Below are positions 62,275-64,000 of a DNA stretch of 64,000 nucleotides, piece by piece (the stretch's first letter is position 1; every line of letters begins with the position of its first letter). The position numbers were made by a program, and so were the translations under genes. This stretch comes from Amoebidium appalachense. Taxonomy: Eukaryota > Protista > Ichthyosporea. Under the pieces are notes generated by a model, which was not told where the DNA came from, did no database searches, and saw nothing but the letters and a program-made list of their open reading frames with translations. The DNA lies in assembly GCA_963693365.1 (NCBI GenBank), contig CAVNZM010000017.1:3329375-3393374 (forward strand), written 5' to 3'.

Positions 62275-63424
62275 CCTTCCCCCCCCCCCTCCCCCCGGCC
62301 CCTCCCCCTCCATCCCCCCCTCTCCTCTCTCGTGCCCCATGGGCTCCCAACCCGGCTGGCCCACCTACCCCTCGTCTACCCCGTCACAGCCACTTCCGGC
62401 ACGCATCATTTCTCGGGAAAAAAACATCTAATGTTCAGTTCTGATGTTCAGTGACGTGAGCCAGGTATTTGAATTCGAATAAAGCAGCAGACTTCACATA
62501 TCATGGTTGGGTATTCCCTGGGGCATATCCATGCCGTTCTTGTCACCTGACACCATCTCCCTCTCATCTTACTCACACTCTTCTACATGCACACGCACGT
62601 GAACTATGTGCACATAAAACTTCACACGTGCAAGCGTATACAGATGCACACCACCATGCATGGCAGCACCGAGTCGGAAACACGTCGACACACACCTCAT
62701 GATCATATACCAAACAACATGAACACACGCACACACCCACAAACACACACACACCGTCGCGCGCAACCACCTGTATACGCGCACTGCCAGAGACCCACCA
62801 ACACCAAAGACCTGTGGCAGCCGTCATGCACACACACTCACACACACACACGTGTACACACATGGCATGGACACATCATAACAAGCACAAACAAAAGCAC
62901 GCGCACACACAAAACATACGAATAAAGGCGTTGCCCCAGCTTTTAAGGAACACAAAATCCAGTTTAAGTGTGCCAAGGGCGCGGGAAGGGGTGGTGGGGG
63001 AGGTGGGTGGGTGGCTGGGTGGGTGGGTGGGTGGGGGGGTGGGTGGGTGGGGGGGGGGGGGGGGGGAGGAGGAGATGGGAGAGAGAGAGAGAGAGAGGGG
63101 GGGGGGAGGGGGGGGGGGGGGGGAGAGAGAGGGGGGGGGGGGGGAGGGAGAGAGGAAGAGGAAGAGGGGGGGAGGGGGGGGGGGGAGAGAGAAAGGGAGA
63201 GAGAAAATGAGAGACAAGGTTAGATAAGTTTCGCAACCTTCACCGATCACAGTGTGTACAAGTTTTAGATTATATTACCACTCTGCACTGCATATTTGTG
63301 ACGCCGAATTAGACCCGGGGGCGGGGGGGGGGGGGGGGGGGGGGGGGGGGATGGGGGGGAGAGAGGCGAGAGGGAGGAGCGAGTGTGTGTGAGATCTCGA
63401 GAGAGATCTAGAGAGAGATCTGGA

Positions 63425-63506
<82 letters not shown>

Positions 63507-63835
63507 GGGGGGGGGGGGGGGGGGGGAGGGTGCGTATGTGTGTGTATGTGTATGTGTGGGAGGGAATGAGGGAGGAAGGAGGGAGCTCCGAGCTCAGATG
63601 GAGTGAAGGAGAGTGAGAGGGAGGAAAAGAGACAGGGGGGGGGGGGGGGGGAGGGGGGGGGGGGGAGAGAGAGATTTTAGAGGGAGGGAGAGAGCGAGAG
63701 GAAGAGAGGGAGAGAGCGAGAGGAGCAAAGAGAGTCCGGGAGGGAGGAGGGCACGAGATGGCCGGGGGCTGGGGGGGAGGGAGGGACAACGGTTTTTGCC
63801 ACCAATACATCCACACACCCTTTACTACGACGTCC

Positions 63836-63925
63836 TTATATGTATGTTGAGTAGCAGCAGCACATTTCCCGTGATGATCCCTCCGAGCTCCCCCCGGTCC
63901 CCTCAAGCTTGCCCACCTCCGAGAC
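63836..63925 (-). CDS. Possible terminal exon of a gene lying beyond the right edge (VSEVGKLEGTGGSSEGSSREMCCCYSTYI*)
   Basis: Acceptor-like GCACAG| followed by a 90-nt open frame to TAA with GC-rich codons. Phase 0 is assumed and there is no homology support. Confidence 0.35.
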   Translation of the reverse strand, partial: VSEVGKLEGTGGSSEGSSREMCCCYSTYI

Positions 63926-64000
63926 CTGTGCTACGTGTAAACCCGAGGTTTACACCCGAGGTTTCTACCCGTGCAACAGCCAATGACAATGCCCGACAAT

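Overview
Intron-rich eukaryotic genomic DNA, saturated with (CA/TG)n, (AG/CT)n and G/C homopolymer tracts. Almost all ORFs in the supplied track are repeat artefacts. The protein sequences (SLC38A9, an animal-like NDUFS4 C-terminus) suggest a holozoan, possibly a unicellular one such as an ichthyosporean; this is inference only. By hand-splicing GT-AG junctions with phase checks I reconstruct six spliced genes: a monoglyceride-lipase-like alpha/beta hydrolase that lacks its catalytic Ser (-, 3' end not found), a DXD alpha-1,4-glycosyltransferase (-), SLC38A9 (+), an unknown 731-aa protein with a probable transposase-derived DNA-binding core (+), NDUFS4 (+) and a typical 2-Cys peroxiredoxin (+). 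There is also an apparently intronless, frameshifted F-box/ankyrin-like gene (-) and a possible terminal exon at the right edge. Three small inverted-repeat elements sit in introns. The most interesting signals are: (i) two classes of 3' splice site, one with a CTRAY branch point and one where a (CA)n tract abuts the acceptor, often paired with (GT)n at the donor and including one apparent GT-CG intron; (ii) the same one-nucleotide phase excess in an early exon of three adjacent genes; (iii) the pseudo-lipase; (iv) the putative domesticated transposase. Assembly indel errors in homopolymers are a serious alternative explanation for (ii) and for the CG acceptor.
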